Source of the DNA: a virus
Lineage: Duplodnaviria > Caudoviricetes
DNA: 58,853 bases
Strand: one strand, 5' to 3'
Virus record (IMG/VR): IMGVR_UViG_3300023184_006354
Span: 1-58,853 of that record
Positions 1-11,023 of the stretch are shown piece after piece (within the stretch, counting starts at the first letter, position 1; the number at the start of each line of letters is the position of its first letter). The translations under genes were made by a program, and so were the position numbers. Below the pieces are notes generated by a model. That model saw only the letters and a list, made by a program, of their open reading frames with translations, ran no database searches and was not told the origin of the DNA.

Positions 1-1
1 A

Positions 2-3000
2 TTAATTGATGATGCTGGAAATTATAACTATTCTCAAATTAATTTTAGATATGATAATGGAAATCAAACTAGTGCAATAAGTTTAACAAGTAATTTAGAA
101 AACGCTACTAGTGCAGCAGATATTCCTCAAGCTTCTAGAACTTTAACGTTAGGAGATACTTTAAGATATGGAGCAGATTTTGCTAAAAATTATGATTTTA
201 AAAGTACAAATATAAGTGAATTAATAGTATCTTTAAAAATAACAGCTCTTTTTGATCAACAAAATGATCCAAATAGAGACAGAGTAACTTTTGATTTAGG
301 TTGTGGTCAAACTGCTAAAATTTCACAAACTGCAGGAGATATTAGAGATAGAAGCATAACTTATAGGTTTAAAATTTTTAAAATAACCAGTGGTGGATAT
401 GTTGAAATTCCAGATCTGCAAAGAGATGAAAAAACCGAGGGTAAAATAAGTTCTGGTATAATTGATACTTTTAAATTTGATTTAACTGGCAAATATGATC
501 CAAATGATTTAACATTTTTAGGATGGAGAGTACAAATACAAAGAACTAGTAAAGAAAGTACAGTATTAAATTTAAAAGATTCTGTAACGGTAGATTCGAT
601 TACAGAAGTTTTTAGAGAAGATTATATATATCCAAAATCTGCAATTTTTAAAAGTCTATTTAAATCAGAATATTTTCAAAATGTTCCAGATAGATCATAC
701 GATGTTCAATTATTAAAAATGAAAATTCCAAGCAATTATGATCCAATTAAGAAAACATATAATGGAGATTGGGATGGTAGATTTTCAGATGAATATCATC
801 CTTCTGGTAATGGACTTTATTGGACAGATAATCCAGCATGGTGTTATTATGACATATTAACAAATAAAAGATATGGATTGGGAAAATATATAAAAAATCA
901 ACAAGTAGATAAATGGAATATATATCAAATCGCTCAGTATTGCGATACAATTGTTGATGATGGATTTGGTGGATTAGAACCAAGATTTACTTGTAATGCT
1001 GTCATAAATGATTTTTCTGATGCATTTAGTTTATTAAATGATATGACTAGTATTTTTCGAGGAATGTCTTATTATGCTAATGGTGCAATTTTTGCAATTG
1101 CTGACATGCCAAAAGATCCTTATGTTTTATTTACAAATTCTAACGTAGAAAATGGAGATTTCAATTATTCTAGTAGTAGTAAAAAAACAAGAAATACTGT
1201 TGCAATAGTTAGATATAATGACATGAATTATTTTGCTAAACCAACAGTTGAGCATGTTGAAGATCCAGATGGTGTAAGAAAATATGGGATTAGAAAATTA
1301 GAAATTACTGCATTTGGATGTACAAGCAGAGGACAAGCTTATAGACTTGGAAAGTGGGCATTAGCTAGCGAGCAATTAGAAACAGAAACTGTTGATTTTA
1401 CTGCGGGATTAGATTCAGTATATTTAAGGCCAGGAGATGTTATCAAAATTCAAGATTCAAATAGATTACTGCATAGATTAGGAGGAAGAGTTTTAGGAAT
1501 TAATACGGGAGTTGGAGGTAAACATAAATTTGTTCTTGACGAAGAATTTAATAATATTTCTGGATATTTTACAACAAATTTTCCAGGACAAACTTATAAA
1601 TTAGAAATTCTAACACCTACATCAAGAGCAACTGGAACAAATTATTCTGATTTTATTACTGGTTATGAAAGAAGTAAAATTCAATCTGGACTTTTTCAAA
1701 TGAATTCATCTTTTGTAAATACAGCAACAGGTTATGATCCAGAAAAAACTTTAACCGAAATTAACTGCAATAAAGTATTCAATACAACTGATTATAACTT
1801 ATATACTGGAGCAATTTGGACCGCTCAAACAACTGGTAGCGGATTTGGATTAAATACTGAAACTGAATTATATAGAATTATTGGAATAACTGAAGTTGAG
1901 CCGTTTAAATACAATATAAACGCAATGGAATATAATCCAACTAAATATGCATATGTTGAATCTGGAATATCACTTGCAGATGCTCCAGTAATAACTCCAA
2001 TTTCAGCAAAAGAAGCTAGTTATCCAAGTGGTTTATTTTTATATAAAACAGAAGATCTATATTTAAATTACAAAATAAGTGGAGCGATAGATACGATTAA
2101 CAATGAGACAGCTTATTGGAAAATATATGCTAAAAGTGGAAGCGATTTTATAAGTAATGATCTTCAAATTCAATATGCTAATATTCAAGGCACGACAGTT
2201 AATGTACCAAATGAAGAGTTCTTTTTAAGTTCTATTCAAGTTCCTGATAATAATATTCCTACAAGTGGAAATTATGTTCCTACAATAAATAATCAAAATT
2301 ATTATTTTAGAGTTTATGGCATAAGTCCAAAAGGATATTATTCTAGAAATTATAGACCTGGAAATTTTTATTTTTCTTCTGATTTATTGGGAGATTATAC
2401 TAATTTAATTGAATTGAATGATTTTAAATATAGGTCTAGTTATGATGATTTAACTACGGTTCCAGTTGTAGGTGATCAACCAGGAAGATTTCAATCTGTA
2501 GCTTTAAATACTGGTAATTTAATTCATGATAAAACTTTATCTCTTCAATGGAGTATGAAAAATCTTGCGCCAAGTTTAAAAGTATGGACAAACGATGAAT
2601 TAACTTATAGATTGAGATTTGGAGTTAGAGGTTTTGATGGATCTGGTGTTAATAGTGAAACTGTTATTTATGAAAATTTTTACTCACCTAGCGCTTTATC
2701 TGCAGAATTCGCAGCATTCGTTAACTTTAGTGATGCAAATTTAAGATCATTTTTAACAGATGATGTAATTTCTGGATTTTGGATAACTATTGACGCAAGA
2801 GAAAATGGGGGAACAAAATATACATCTCAAAAAACTTTAGCTGGTACAGCTTATAATCAACCTCATGGTTATCTTTTTGGAAGATTTCAAAATGATCAAA
2901 TGACTTCTGAAAAATATGATATAAATACTGCCACAGCTATTATAAATAGTGATAATAATATATCAATAGTACTAAAAAATCCTAAAAATTATATTGGAAG

Positions 3001-3946
3001 TATTTATGTATTTTTTACTGATCAAAAGGCTGCTACTGGTTATTTAATACCAGATAATTTAAATAAAATAATGTATCAACAATTTACTAGTCCAAGTTAT
3101 ACTAGTTTTATTAAAGCCTTAGCTAACAGCGGAATCCAATTAAGAGAAGCATTTTTTAATGGAGTTGATACTTTTACAACAACTAGTAGTTTTGCTAAGA
3201 GTACTGGTGGTGGAATTCTTAAAAGTGGATATATGGCACTAAGACCATCTACTAAATTTGAAGATAATTTAATGGCACAATATGATAAAGATTTTACTAA
3301 TGGAAGCACTTATGATTTGGGTAATTACCAAAGAAATGTATTTTATACCAGATGTGAAAATGGTACTTTGGCAGGTTGTGCATCATGTTCTCCTCCATCT
3401 CCTTGTCCTGCGTGTACAGCTGGAGCGACATTTGAAATAGAACCAGGTTTTGGTGGTCGAAAACTTTGCTATAATGTTAGTTATAGTACTGTAGATGCCG
3501 TTGCAGTTGATTACCAAGCATTTCCAACTGGATTAGCTGCTACTTATAGATTTCCAAAAGTTAATAATCAAGGGACTGCTGTTGATACTGATAGACAAAT
3601 AGTTAATAATTTAGCATTCTTGCCTCAAACTAATAATATTCCAATTCCTATCAGTAACCAGTTAAGTAATATTGTTGACGCTGAACAATTATCTGGAGTA
3701 AGCGGTTATATTATTGGATTAATAAATACTTTGAGTGGCGATGCTTTTCTTAAGAGCCAAATAAATAGTGGAGACTTAAAGTTGGCAAGCGGTTATTATT
3801 TGAATTTAAGCGGTACTGGTGGACGTTTAACATTTAATCCAGATCAAGTTATAGCTTCAACAACTAGAACTTATGCCCCTTCTGGTTATTTTAGACTCGA
3901 TATAAATGGAACTGGCGTAAGAATTCCTTATTTCAAATCTCAGTAA
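2..3946 (+). CDS. Central tail fibre / host-specificity protein J-like (5'-truncated; frame open from window start)
   Basis: WTDNPAWCYYDILTNKRYGLG, YCD...GGLEPRFTCN, AFGCTSRGQAYRLGKW and LRPGDVIKIQD motifs typical of lambda gpJ. Frame +2 appears open upstream of the ATG at 719 (LIDDAGNYNYSQ...). Confidence 0.9.
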   Translation, partial: LIDDAGNYNYSQINFRYDNGNQTSAISLTSNLENATSAADIPQASRTLTLGDTLRYGADFAKNYDFKSTNISELIVSLKITALFDQQNDPNRDRVTFDLGCGQTAKISQTAGDIRDRSITYRFKIFKITSGGYVEIPDLQRDEKTEGKISSGIIDTFKFDLTGKYDPNDLTFLGWRVQIQRTSKESTVLNLKDSVTVDSITEVFREDYIYPKSAIFKSLFKSEYFQNVPDRSYDVQLLKMKIPSNYDPIKKTYNGDWDGRFSDEYHPSGNGLYWTDNPAWCYYDILTNKRYGLGKYIKNQQVDKWNIYQIAQYCDTIVDDGFGGLEPRFTCNAVINDFSDAFSLLNDMTSIFRGMSYYANGAIFAIADMPKDPYVLFTNSNVENGDFNYSSSSKKTRNTVAIVRYNDMNYFAKPTVEHVEDPDGVRKYGIRKLEITAFGCTSRGQAYRLGKWALASEQLETETVDFTAGLDSVYLRPGDVIKIQDSNRLLHRLGGRVLGINTGVGGKHKFVLDEEFNNISGYFTTNFPGQTYKLEILTPTSRATGTNYSDFITGYERSKIQSGLFQMNSSFVNTATGYDPEKTLTEINCNKVFNTTDYNLYTGAIWTAQTTGSGFGLNTETELYRIIGITEVEPFKYNINAMEYNPTKYAYVESGISLADAPVITPISAKEASYPSGLFLYKTEDLYLNYKISGAIDTINNETAYWKIYAKSGSDFISNDLQIQYANIQGTTVNVPNEEFFLSSIQVPDNNIPTSGNYVPTINNQNYYFRVYGISPKGYYSRNYRPGNFYFSSDLLGDYTNLIELNDFKYRSSYDDLTTVPVVGDQPGRFQSVALNTGNLIHDKTLSLQWSMKNLAPSLKVWTNDELTYRLRFGVRGFDGSGVNSETVIYENFYSPSALSAEFAAFVNFSDANLRSFLTDDVISGFWITIDARENGGTKYTSQKTLAGTAYNQPHGYLFGRFQNDQMTSEKYDINTATAIINSDNNISIVLKNPKNYIGSIYVFFTDQKAATGYLIPDNLNKIMYQQFTSPSYTSFIKALANSGIQLREAFFNGVDTFTTTSSFAKSTGGGILKSGYMALRPSTKFEDNLMAQYDKDFTNGSTYDLGNYQRNVFYTRCENGTLAGCASCSPPSPCPACTAGATFEIEPGFGGRKLCYNVSYSTVDAVAVDYQAFPTGLAATYRFPKVNNQGTAVDTDRQIVNNLAFLPQTNNIPIPISNQLSNIVDAEQLSGVSGYIIGLINTLSGDAFLKSQINSGDLKLASGYYLNLSGTGGRLTFNPDQVIASTTRTYAPSGYFRLDINGTGVRIPYFKSQ

Positions 3947-3947
3947 T

Positions 3948-4760
3948 TTATTTTTTAATCTTTTTAATTCTATCAATCAATTCAAATATTTTAGATTTTG
4001 GAATATCTTGAACAGAGCTAAGACCTTCTGCTCCTTCAAATTTTTCTTTAATTAATTTTTCTTTGAGATAATCAAAAGAAACACCTTTATCTTTCATAAC
4101 TTTCTCTAAAAGAACTTGTGGAGAGGTCGGATTCTCATTTGAAGCTACGGCTTCTTCAAGAAGTTTTGCATCACCTAATTCTTCTTGAGATACAATATTA
4201 ATCTTTAAAAAATTACGGACACATCTTACAAATGCTCTATTTTCTGCAATTGCTGCCAAGAAGTATCTAGCGAAACTTTTTGTATTGTTTAAAGTCGCAT
4301 CAGCAAGAGCCTCGAATTCAATAACTCTTCCATTAGTCTCATAATTAGGAATCCATGTAATTTTACAAGATGTAGCAAAATAATTTTCACTAGCTGCAAC
4401 TACTTTATATTCAACGCTAGTATAACCTCTAATTTGAGCGAGTTCTTTAATTCCACCCAAAAGAATAAGTAGATCTTTATCTTCTAGTTTAGATACATCT
4501 GTCTCTTGAGTTTTTTGTCTATTTGGAACAAGATATTCTTGCTTAACCATTTTACGCCAATTAATAGTTCCATCATCATTATATGTATAATTAGTATTTT
4601 TATCTTCAATTAAGCCGTATTTATTTCTTGTAATAAGCTTTGGAGGAACAACTTCTAGTACTGGTTCATTTAATTCTGGAATAATATTGATATTGCTATC
4701 AAAAAGTGCAGAGCTTCCAATTGAAGCGGTTTGATCTTGTTGTTTAATTTTTGGACTCAT
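3948..4760 (-). CDS. Putative Rad52/Sak-like single-strand annealing protein
   Basis: AIAENRAFVRCVRNFLKINIVSQEEL resembles the AETRAxxRAxR..LxI..S.EE motif of Rad52-like phage recombinases; has its own promoter. Confidence 0.45.
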   Translation of the reverse strand: MSPKIKQQDQTASIGSSALFDSNINIIPELNEPVLEVVPPKLITRNKYGLIEDKNTNYTYNDDGTINWRKMVKQEYLVPNRQKTQETDVSKLEDKDLLILLGGIKELAQIRGYTSVEYKVVAASENYFATSCKITWIPNYETNGRVIEFEALADATLNNTKSFARYFLAAIAENRAFVRCVRNFLKINIVSQEELGDAKLLEEAVASNENPTSPQVLLEKVMKDKGVSFDYLKEKLIKEKFEGAEGLSSVQDIPKSKIFELIDRIKKIKK

Positions 4761-4796
4761 TATTAGTATGATAGTCTATTTATATAAACTAGTCAA
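4761..4796 (-). promoter_or_regulatory. Sigma70-like promoter, leaderless
   Basis: TTGACT-17 nt-TATCAT-7 nt-ATG(4760). Confidence 0.75.
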
Positions 4797-5949
4797 CTAA
4801 AAAAGCATAATTATCTGCATGTTTCCAAAAGGTATCAGTATCAATGATTTCTTGAATGTTTTGATCAAAATCTTTAATAGGTAAGTCTTTTTCTACTGCA
4901 GCTTCACTCATGTATAATTTGCTATTACTTAATATAAAATGATTACTTTTATAGTATTTTATATTTTCATAATCATAATCTTCTTTAGATTTAAAATTGA
5001 GTTTTAGTATTAAACCTAAATCCATATAATGAATTTTAATATTATTAATATCTTCTTGATCTAATGCTGATATTAATGCAAAACTAATGTTTTCATTTTT
5101 TAATAAATTAACAAATAAAGGATCGTTCTCTTTTTCAATCTTGTATACAACTTGAGTGATATTAGCTTTATATGTCTTTATCAAATTTTCTGAAATAGTT
5201 TTGTTTGTTACAATTAAACATTTACTTTGCGCTAATTGTGCTGCTAGAAAATTTTCATTAAATTCAATATCCATTCTGACTATAACATTTGGTGCTCCAA
5301 AAGAAGCTGGATTAATAACCATATTTGGTACAAGTTCTATAGTTTTATTCATATAACTTGCGCCTATAGATTTGAATTTATTTTTAATTTTATATTTAAT
5401 ATTTAAACTATTTAAAATGTTTTGAGCTAAAATATCTGGTTTTATGTTATTTATAACCTTTGGATTCTCTTGCGGGGCATATGATGGTTTTATTTTTTCA
5501 TCAAAACCTTGAATCAAAGCTAGATCTTCTTTGTTACTCCAATAAGGTTTGTTCTGTGATGCGTAAATATTTCCATATAAACCTACAATTTTTTTATTAT
5601 AACTTGAAGCTAATTGTAATCCTAATAAATTAGAACCAATATAAACTACAGAATTTTTAATTAAATATGCTTTTTGATTTACTGTATAACCAGTTACAGT
5701 ATAAGCATTAAGTAATCTAGGATCATTCTGCCCACATATTTGCAGAATATTTATATTATTTTCTTTTAATGAAGGCAAGATTAGGCCAATGACTTCTTGC
5801 CAATAATCATAATTTTTAGATTGATATTTTGAATCATTTGTTTCAATTATTATATATTTATCAAAATTTAATGGATAGTATTTTTCATAAATATATGGTT
5901 TTGATATTTTTAAACCAGACGATGCCGCGAATGCTTCTAATACATGCAT
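4789..5949 (-). CDS. GT9 (heptosyltransferase)-like glycosyltransferase-fold protein
   Basis: KNYDYWQEVI, QKAYLIKNSVVYIGSN..LQLASSYNKKIVGLYG pattern of the GT9 C-terminal domain. Confidence 0.55.
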   Translation of the reverse strand: MHVLEAFAASSGLKISKPYIYEKYYPLNFDKYIIIETNDSKYQSKNYDYWQEVIGLILPSLKENNINILQICGQNDPRLLNAYTVTGYTVNQKAYLIKNSVVYIGSNLLGLQLASSYNKKIVGLYGNIYASQNKPYWSNKEDLALIQGFDEKIKPSYAPQENPKVINNIKPDILAQNILNSLNIKYKIKNKFKSIGASYMNKTIELVPNMVINPASFGAPNVIVRMDIEFNENFLAAQLAQSKCLIVTNKTISENLIKTYKANITQVVYKIEKENDPLFVNLLKNENISFALISALDQEDINNIKIHYMDLGLILKLNFKSKEDYDYENIKYYKSNHFILSNSKLYMSEAAVEKDLPIKDFDQNIQEIIDTDTFWKHADNYAFLVD

Positions 5950-5956
5950 ATAGATA

Positions 5957-7879
5957 TTAGAAATTTTTTATATCAAATTCAATTTTATCTTTACCATTGT
6001 GAAGATAATTTAATATTCTTTGTGTTCCAATATAAGGTAAAAATGCAATTTCAAAATAACCTTCAAAATCTTTATTTCCCTCACACCATACTTGGTTTTC
6101 CATTTGAGGAACAAAGGGTATAACTTTATGAATATTAGGATTACCGTCTAGAATATCTAAATATTCATTTTTAGTAGCAACATATAAATTGTAATCTGGA
6201 TATAATCTTTTTATAGATGGAAATAAACTGCTACTCATAAATACATCTGACTCATCTTCTGGTATAACATATAGAATTCTTTTTCCGTGATCGTCTTTAT
6301 CAAGAAGATCTTTGAATTCTACTTTTTTATTTTTTTCATTTTCTTGCCAAGCTACTTGTCTGAAATAGTTTTCAATCTGCTCTCTCTTTTGACCTTTAGC
6401 AATTTCTTGCATCCAATATTTATGACCATCATCATTCTCATCAACTTCTGGTCTTTTTAAAATTTTAGCATACAAAGCTTTTAACCATTCAGAATTATCT
6501 TCTATTGGTGGAATTTTACACAAAGGATCTTGCTCTTCTGGTTGTATTGAAATATTTTTATAATCTGCAAAGTCTGCTGAATCTATAAACTCCTCAAATT
6601 TCTTACCAATAACTTCTGATGAATAATTATCTACAGTCCATTCTCTAGCTTTTCTACCCATTTCTTTTCTTTTTTCTATGGGCATTTTCCATACTTTTTG
6701 TAATTGTTTAGCTATTGAATTTGGTAAAGTTGAGGCTTTTCTAAATTCTGTTCCATGTTCTCTGTATTCAGCCCAATCTAAAGCTAGTGAATTAGCTTCA
6801 TCCAAACACATCTCTTCTCCACAGCTATAATTCGTAACTAATGTAATTAACTCCGTCAATTTGGCTTCTTGAATTGGTATTTCTTGTCCACCACTTGTAA
6901 ATGGATGGCAGTATACATCCATCAAATTATAAACTTCATTTAGTTGTTTTTCTGTAATTCCAATTCCTACATTAGTAGTTATTTGAGATTTTTGAGCTTT
7001 ACAAAATTTACAATCAATATCTTGTCCAGTAAAATTTTTGACTTCATAATTACCACAGCTTTTACAAACATAAGTAGTTAATATTTCTTGCTTTGGTATA
7101 TTATATTCATCTGCTAACTTGTAAATATTCCAACCTTCAGACCAATGAGTATGTAGAAGTAGATAAGTATTTTTAACTTCTGGATTTCTAGCTTTCCAAA
7201 TAGCGTAACCTTCTAATAAGTTTGGAACGCTTTTCCTTAATTGATTTCTAAAAACAAAACCAATAATAAAAGCATTTGGATTAATATTATTTTTAATTCT
7301 TAAATTCTTTCTTTCATCATCAGGTAATTTATAAAAATTATTTATATCAATTGGTCCGTGCGTTGTTTCTACTGCTTTATGACCTAAATCATGTAAAGCT
7401 TTAGTAGCAAAATCACTCCAAATCCAATAATTTTTTAATTTTGACGCACAAGAAACTGCAGATGGCAATATAGGTAATGAATCTAATGTAGTCCAAATAG
7501 CGGATTTAATCTTATTGAACCAAGGCTTTCCTATGCTATAATCTACTCCCCAGATATCTTGAGCTGCGACATAAACATCTGGCTTTTCTTGCTCTATAAC
7601 TTTATCTATAAAATATGCACCATAACTAGCAAGTCTTGCTTGATTTGGGTCTTTATTTAATTGTTCTATTTCTGCTGGCGAATTGGGTAAAGCTCCTAAA
7701 GATTTCCAAGGCGTTTTTAATAAATCTGGATTTCCTTCTTGCATTCCGCAGCAATAATGAACAATATCATATTTTCCAGTTTTATATAAATAAGTTAAAA
7801 GAGACTTTGATACTCTGCCGAAGCCAGTTTTGGCTAAAGCAAAATCTGAATGATATAAAAATTTCTTTTTCCTAGACAT
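5957..7879 (-). CDS. GT4-like glycosyltransferase with CxxC-CxxC insertion and extra C-terminal domains
   Basis: TGFGRV, RNQLRKSVPNLLEG, LNEVYNLMDVYCHPFTSGGQEIPIQEA. Start taken at 7879 (TAATG overlap with upstream gene). Confidence 0.8.
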   Translation of the reverse strand: MSRKKKFLYHSDFALAKTGFGRVSKSLLTYLYKTGKYDIVHYCCGMQEGNPDLLKTPWKSLGALPNSPAEIEQLNKDPNQARLASYGAYFIDKVIEQEKPDVYVAAQDIWGVDYSIGKPWFNKIKSAIWTTLDSLPILPSAVSCASKLKNYWIWSDFATKALHDLGHKAVETTHGPIDINNFYKLPDDERKNLRIKNNINPNAFIIGFVFRNQLRKSVPNLLEGYAIWKARNPEVKNTYLLLHTHWSEGWNIYKLADEYNIPKQEILTTYVCKSCGNYEVKNFTGQDIDCKFCKAQKSQITTNVGIGITEKQLNEVYNLMDVYCHPFTSGGQEIPIQEAKLTELITLVTNYSCGEEMCLDEANSLALDWAEYREHGTEFRKASTLPNSIAKQLQKVWKMPIEKRKEMGRKAREWTVDNYSSEVIGKKFEEFIDSADFADYKNISIQPEEQDPLCKIPPIEDNSEWLKALYAKILKRPEVDENDDGHKYWMQEIAKGQKREQIENYFRQVAWQENEKNKKVEFKDLLDKDDHGKRILYVIPEDESDVFMSSSLFPSIKRLYPDYNLYVATKNEYLDILDGNPNIHKVIPFVPQMENQVWCEGNKDFEGYFEIAFLPYIGTQRILNYLHNGKDKIEFDIKNF

Positions 7880-8430
7880 TACCAAAGCTCGCCATCATTA
7901 TCAGTTTTGGCATCGTTTTGATTATCGTCATTATCTTCTTTTTTAGAATTTTTAAGTTTTTTAATTGTTTCTATCCTTTGACATTCAAATACAGAATCTA
8001 ATGCATAAGATAAAAACTGCTTTAATAGACGAGCTTCATTAAAATAAAAACCAATTAGATATGATTGTTTATTTTCGCTATTTTGCTTATCTGTTTTAGA
8101 TACCATATAAGAGAATCCAACCTGCTTTTCATCCCTAAGATATGGAGATAATTTGATTTGAGTAGATTGCTTTTCTGAAGTATGGTATGCAGAAAATTCA
8201 ATATTTCTTTCTAAAGCGTCTAAAAGACCAGCAGCTTCTGTTAGAGAAAATTTAATCTTAACACTTTTATTTGGATTATTTTGATTTTCAGAAAATGAGC
8301 CAATTTTCTTAGCCTCGTTCCAAGAGGATTGTTTAATTAACGAACTCCAAATTGAGGCATCTTTTGAATTTACTGTAAAGCTGCAAGCTGTTCCAGTATT
8401 TTTACTATTAGGTTTGTAGAATGATATCAT
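7879..8430 (-). CDS. Putative ssDNA-binding protein (Whirly/PC4-like) with acidic tail
   Basis: KIKFSLTEAAGLL resembles the Whirly F.LS..E.G.L motif; acidic C-terminus DNDGELW; next to the DNA polymerase gene. Confidence 0.4.
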   Translation of the reverse strand: MISFYKPNSKNTGTACSFTVNSKDASIWSSLIKQSSWNEAKKIGSFSENQNNPNKSVKIKFSLTEAAGLLDALERNIEFSAYHTSEKQSTQIKLSPYLRDEKQVGFSYMVSKTDKQNSENKQSYLIGFYFNEARLLKQFLSYALDSVFECQRIETIKKLKNSKKEDNDDNQNDAKTDNDGELW

Positions 8431-8465
8431 ATAGTGATGATATATTATCTTTAATAGAATGTCAA
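8431..8465 (-). promoter_or_regulatory. Sigma70-like promoter, leaderless
   Basis: TTGACA-17 nt-TATCAT-6 nt-ATG(8430). Confidence 0.75.
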
Positions 8466-11023
8466 ATCTTTTTAATTTCGCTAAGTTTCATATATATATC
8501 ATGATCTTGAATTGCTACTAGATCAGCAAATATACAATCTTCTTTTTTAATGCCTTTAACTATCACAATATTCTTTTCGTCTGGATTCTTATTACCATTA
8601 AGAGTTTTGCAGTTTTCTATTTTATCATTAAATAATAATACAGTAATATCGCCAGTTTCATCTGATACTTTAAGTCTTAGGTATTTCGTCTTCTTTTCAT
8701 TCTTTGATGTTCCAGAATATACATCTGTTATTTCTCCAACTAATGCTACTTTTTGATTTACTGGTAAATCGATAATTTCATTAATAAGTAATAAATCTTC
8801 TCTTTTTTCATGAAAAATATCTTTTAATGTTCTTTCGTAAGTATAACCAAGAAGTCTTTTTTCGTAATACCAATTAGCGAAACTTTCACTTTTGCTATTT
8901 TGGTTATAGATCTTAAGATAAGGTTCGTATTTAGATTTAATCGTATCTAATCTAGAACTCTTAATTATTACTTTATTCTTTTCATCAGTAAATACATTTA
9001 AATGTTTAATTATTCTAATAAGATCATAATCAAATTGCTCTGCAAATGAAATCGCATACTTCTTTTCTTTTGCTGTTAATATATTCCAAAGTTGGGCTTC
9101 TAGTACTATTTTACTTCTAGATTGTTTGAATCCAGTTAAAGCTCCAGCTTGAATCAATGAGCATAATACTCCAATATTAAGATCTGCTTCTTCTGCTGCT
9201 TGAAAAATTTCAAACTTATTAGAATACTTGTTTCTAAATCCGTTTAGCTTTTCAATTGATTTATCTGAAATGCCTTTAATTGATAATAGTCCAAATCTGA
9301 TATCTGAACCTTCTATAGAGAAATCCATTTCAGATTTAATAATATGGGGCTTTAATAATTTAATATCAAAATGTCCCATTTCTTTTTGAATCTTAGATAT
9401 TTCACCAATTGGATCTGGTTCGTTTCTGGTCATCTTTAATAAAGACAAAAAGAATTGTTGAGGATAATTAAACTTCAAATAAATAGTAATCGCGGCTAAG
9501 GCTGCATAAGCAATTGAATGGGATTTATTAAATGAATAGTTCGCTGAATCCTCCAAGATTTTCCATAAGATTTCTCCTACTTCTTTTGGAAGTTTATTTT
9601 GTTTAATCTTATCTTCAATCTTCTTCTTCCAAGCTTTAATTTCTTCTGTTTTCTTTTTGCCTACAATTCTTCTTAAGATTTCTGCTTCATCCAGCGTGAA
9701 TCCAATCTTATTAGCCATCTTCATTAATTGCTCTTGATATAAAGCTACTCCACCAGTATCTTTTAATATATCATCAAAGAATGGATGAATACTTTCGGAT
9801 TGTTGAAAATTAGTATGAGCAGCATATTTATCGGCAAATTGCAAAGCTCCAGGTCTAGCTAAGGCTAAAACTCCACTTAATTCTTCTAGATTCTTTGGCT
9901 TAACTTTTTGACAAACTTTAAAATTAGTTTCTGCTTCGATCTGGAATAGACCATGAGGATTTCTTAAGTCTTGTAGATTTCTATAGATCGATTCATCATT
10001 CAAATCAATGTCCGTTATTTTTTTACCAATACTTTTACAAACGTCATCTACTACAGAAACACTTCTTAAACCTAGAATGTCGAGTTTAATATTAAATAAT
10101 GAAACCCAGCTCATGTCAAAACTTGATACTGCTTCTTTATCTCCAGATAATTCAGTTGGACAAGAATTCTCTAGATCATTATAAGACAATAAAACTCCAG
10201 ATGGATGAACACCTTTATTTTTAATTAAGTTCCTTAGTCTAAGAGCGATAGCATAAATATCTTTATTATTGTCACACCATTCTTTAAATTTAGGTACATC
10301 GTCGTAAGCTGTGGTGATATCTTTAACTTGTCCGAAGATTTTAGGAATCAAAGATGATACTTCTGTCATCTCCTGTTCTGATTTTTCTCCAACAATTTTT
10401 CCACACTCTTTAATCAATAATTTTCCGCTCAATGTATTTAATGTTAAAATCTTGCTAGTCTTACCTTTGAATTGTTCTTCTAAATATTGTAAAACTTTAT
10501 GTCTATTATAATAACAAATATCTAAATCTACGTCACACATCAAACTGCCATCTAAATAGGTTACCCCATCAACAACTTGCTTTTTAGCTCTAATCTTGGA
10601 TATAAATCTTTCAAAATAAAGATCATATTTAACTGGATCAATTTGAGTGACTCCAATCAGGTATAATATAAGAGAACCAGCTGCCGAACCTCTACCTAAT
10701 CCAACTGGAATATTATTCTTGTTGCAATAATCAATAACGCTCCAAACTAAAATAATATAATCAATAAACTCTAGTTCTTTAAGAGTTTCTAATTCGTACT
10801 TTGCTCTTTCAATATATTTTTTATATAAATCTGAGTCTTTTTTAAGATTTAACTTTTTAAATCCTTTTAAAGCTAATGCTCTAAGAAATTCGTAATTTGA
10901 TACATCTTCACTTACTTCTAAGTCGTGCTTGTATTCATTATCAATTTTAAACTCTGGAAGTCTTACTCCATAAAGAGGTAAGTCTACTTGATCAAACAAA
11001 CTATTAAAATCTTTATTCGTCAT
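8462..11023 (-). CDS. dnaE: DNA polymerase III alpha, catalytic core (no PHP domain)
   Basis: GLGRGSAAGSL, YDLYFERF, DVDLD, HPSGV, KLDILGL, YQEQLM, YSFNKSH, RFGLLSIKGI, C-terminal OB fold. Confidence 0.95.
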   Translation of the reverse strand: MTNKDFNSLFDQVDLPLYGVRLPEFKIDNEYKHDLEVSEDVSNYEFLRALALKGFKKLNLKKDSDLYKKYIERAKYELETLKELEFIDYIILVWSVIDYCNKNNIPVGLGRGSAAGSLILYLIGVTQIDPVKYDLYFERFISKIRAKKQVVDGVTYLDGSLMCDVDLDICYYNRHKVLQYLEEQFKGKTSKILTLNTLSGKLLIKECGKIVGEKSEQEMTEVSSLIPKIFGQVKDITTAYDDVPKFKEWCDNNKDIYAIALRLRNLIKNKGVHPSGVLLSYNDLENSCPTELSGDKEAVSSFDMSWVSLFNIKLDILGLRSVSVVDDVCKSIGKKITDIDLNDESIYRNLQDLRNPHGLFQIEAETNFKVCQKVKPKNLEELSGVLALARPGALQFADKYAAHTNFQQSESIHPFFDDILKDTGGVALYQEQLMKMANKIGFTLDEAEILRRIVGKKKTEEIKAWKKKIEDKIKQNKLPKEVGEILWKILEDSANYSFNKSHSIAYAALAAITIYLKFNYPQQFFLSLLKMTRNEPDPIGEISKIQKEMGHFDIKLLKPHIIKSEMDFSIEGSDIRFGLLSIKGISDKSIEKLNGFRNKYSNKFEIFQAAEEADLNIGVLCSLIQAGALTGFKQSRSKIVLEAQLWNILTAKEKKYAISFAEQFDYDLIRIIKHLNVFTDEKNKVIIKSSRLDTIKSKYEPYLKIYNQNSKSESFANWYYEKRLLGYTYERTLKDIFHEKREDLLLINEIIDLPVNQKVALVGEITDVYSGTSKNEKKTKYLRLKVSDETGDITVLLFNDKIENCKTLNGNKNPDEKNIVIVKGIKKEDCIFADLVAIQDHDIYMKLSEIKKI

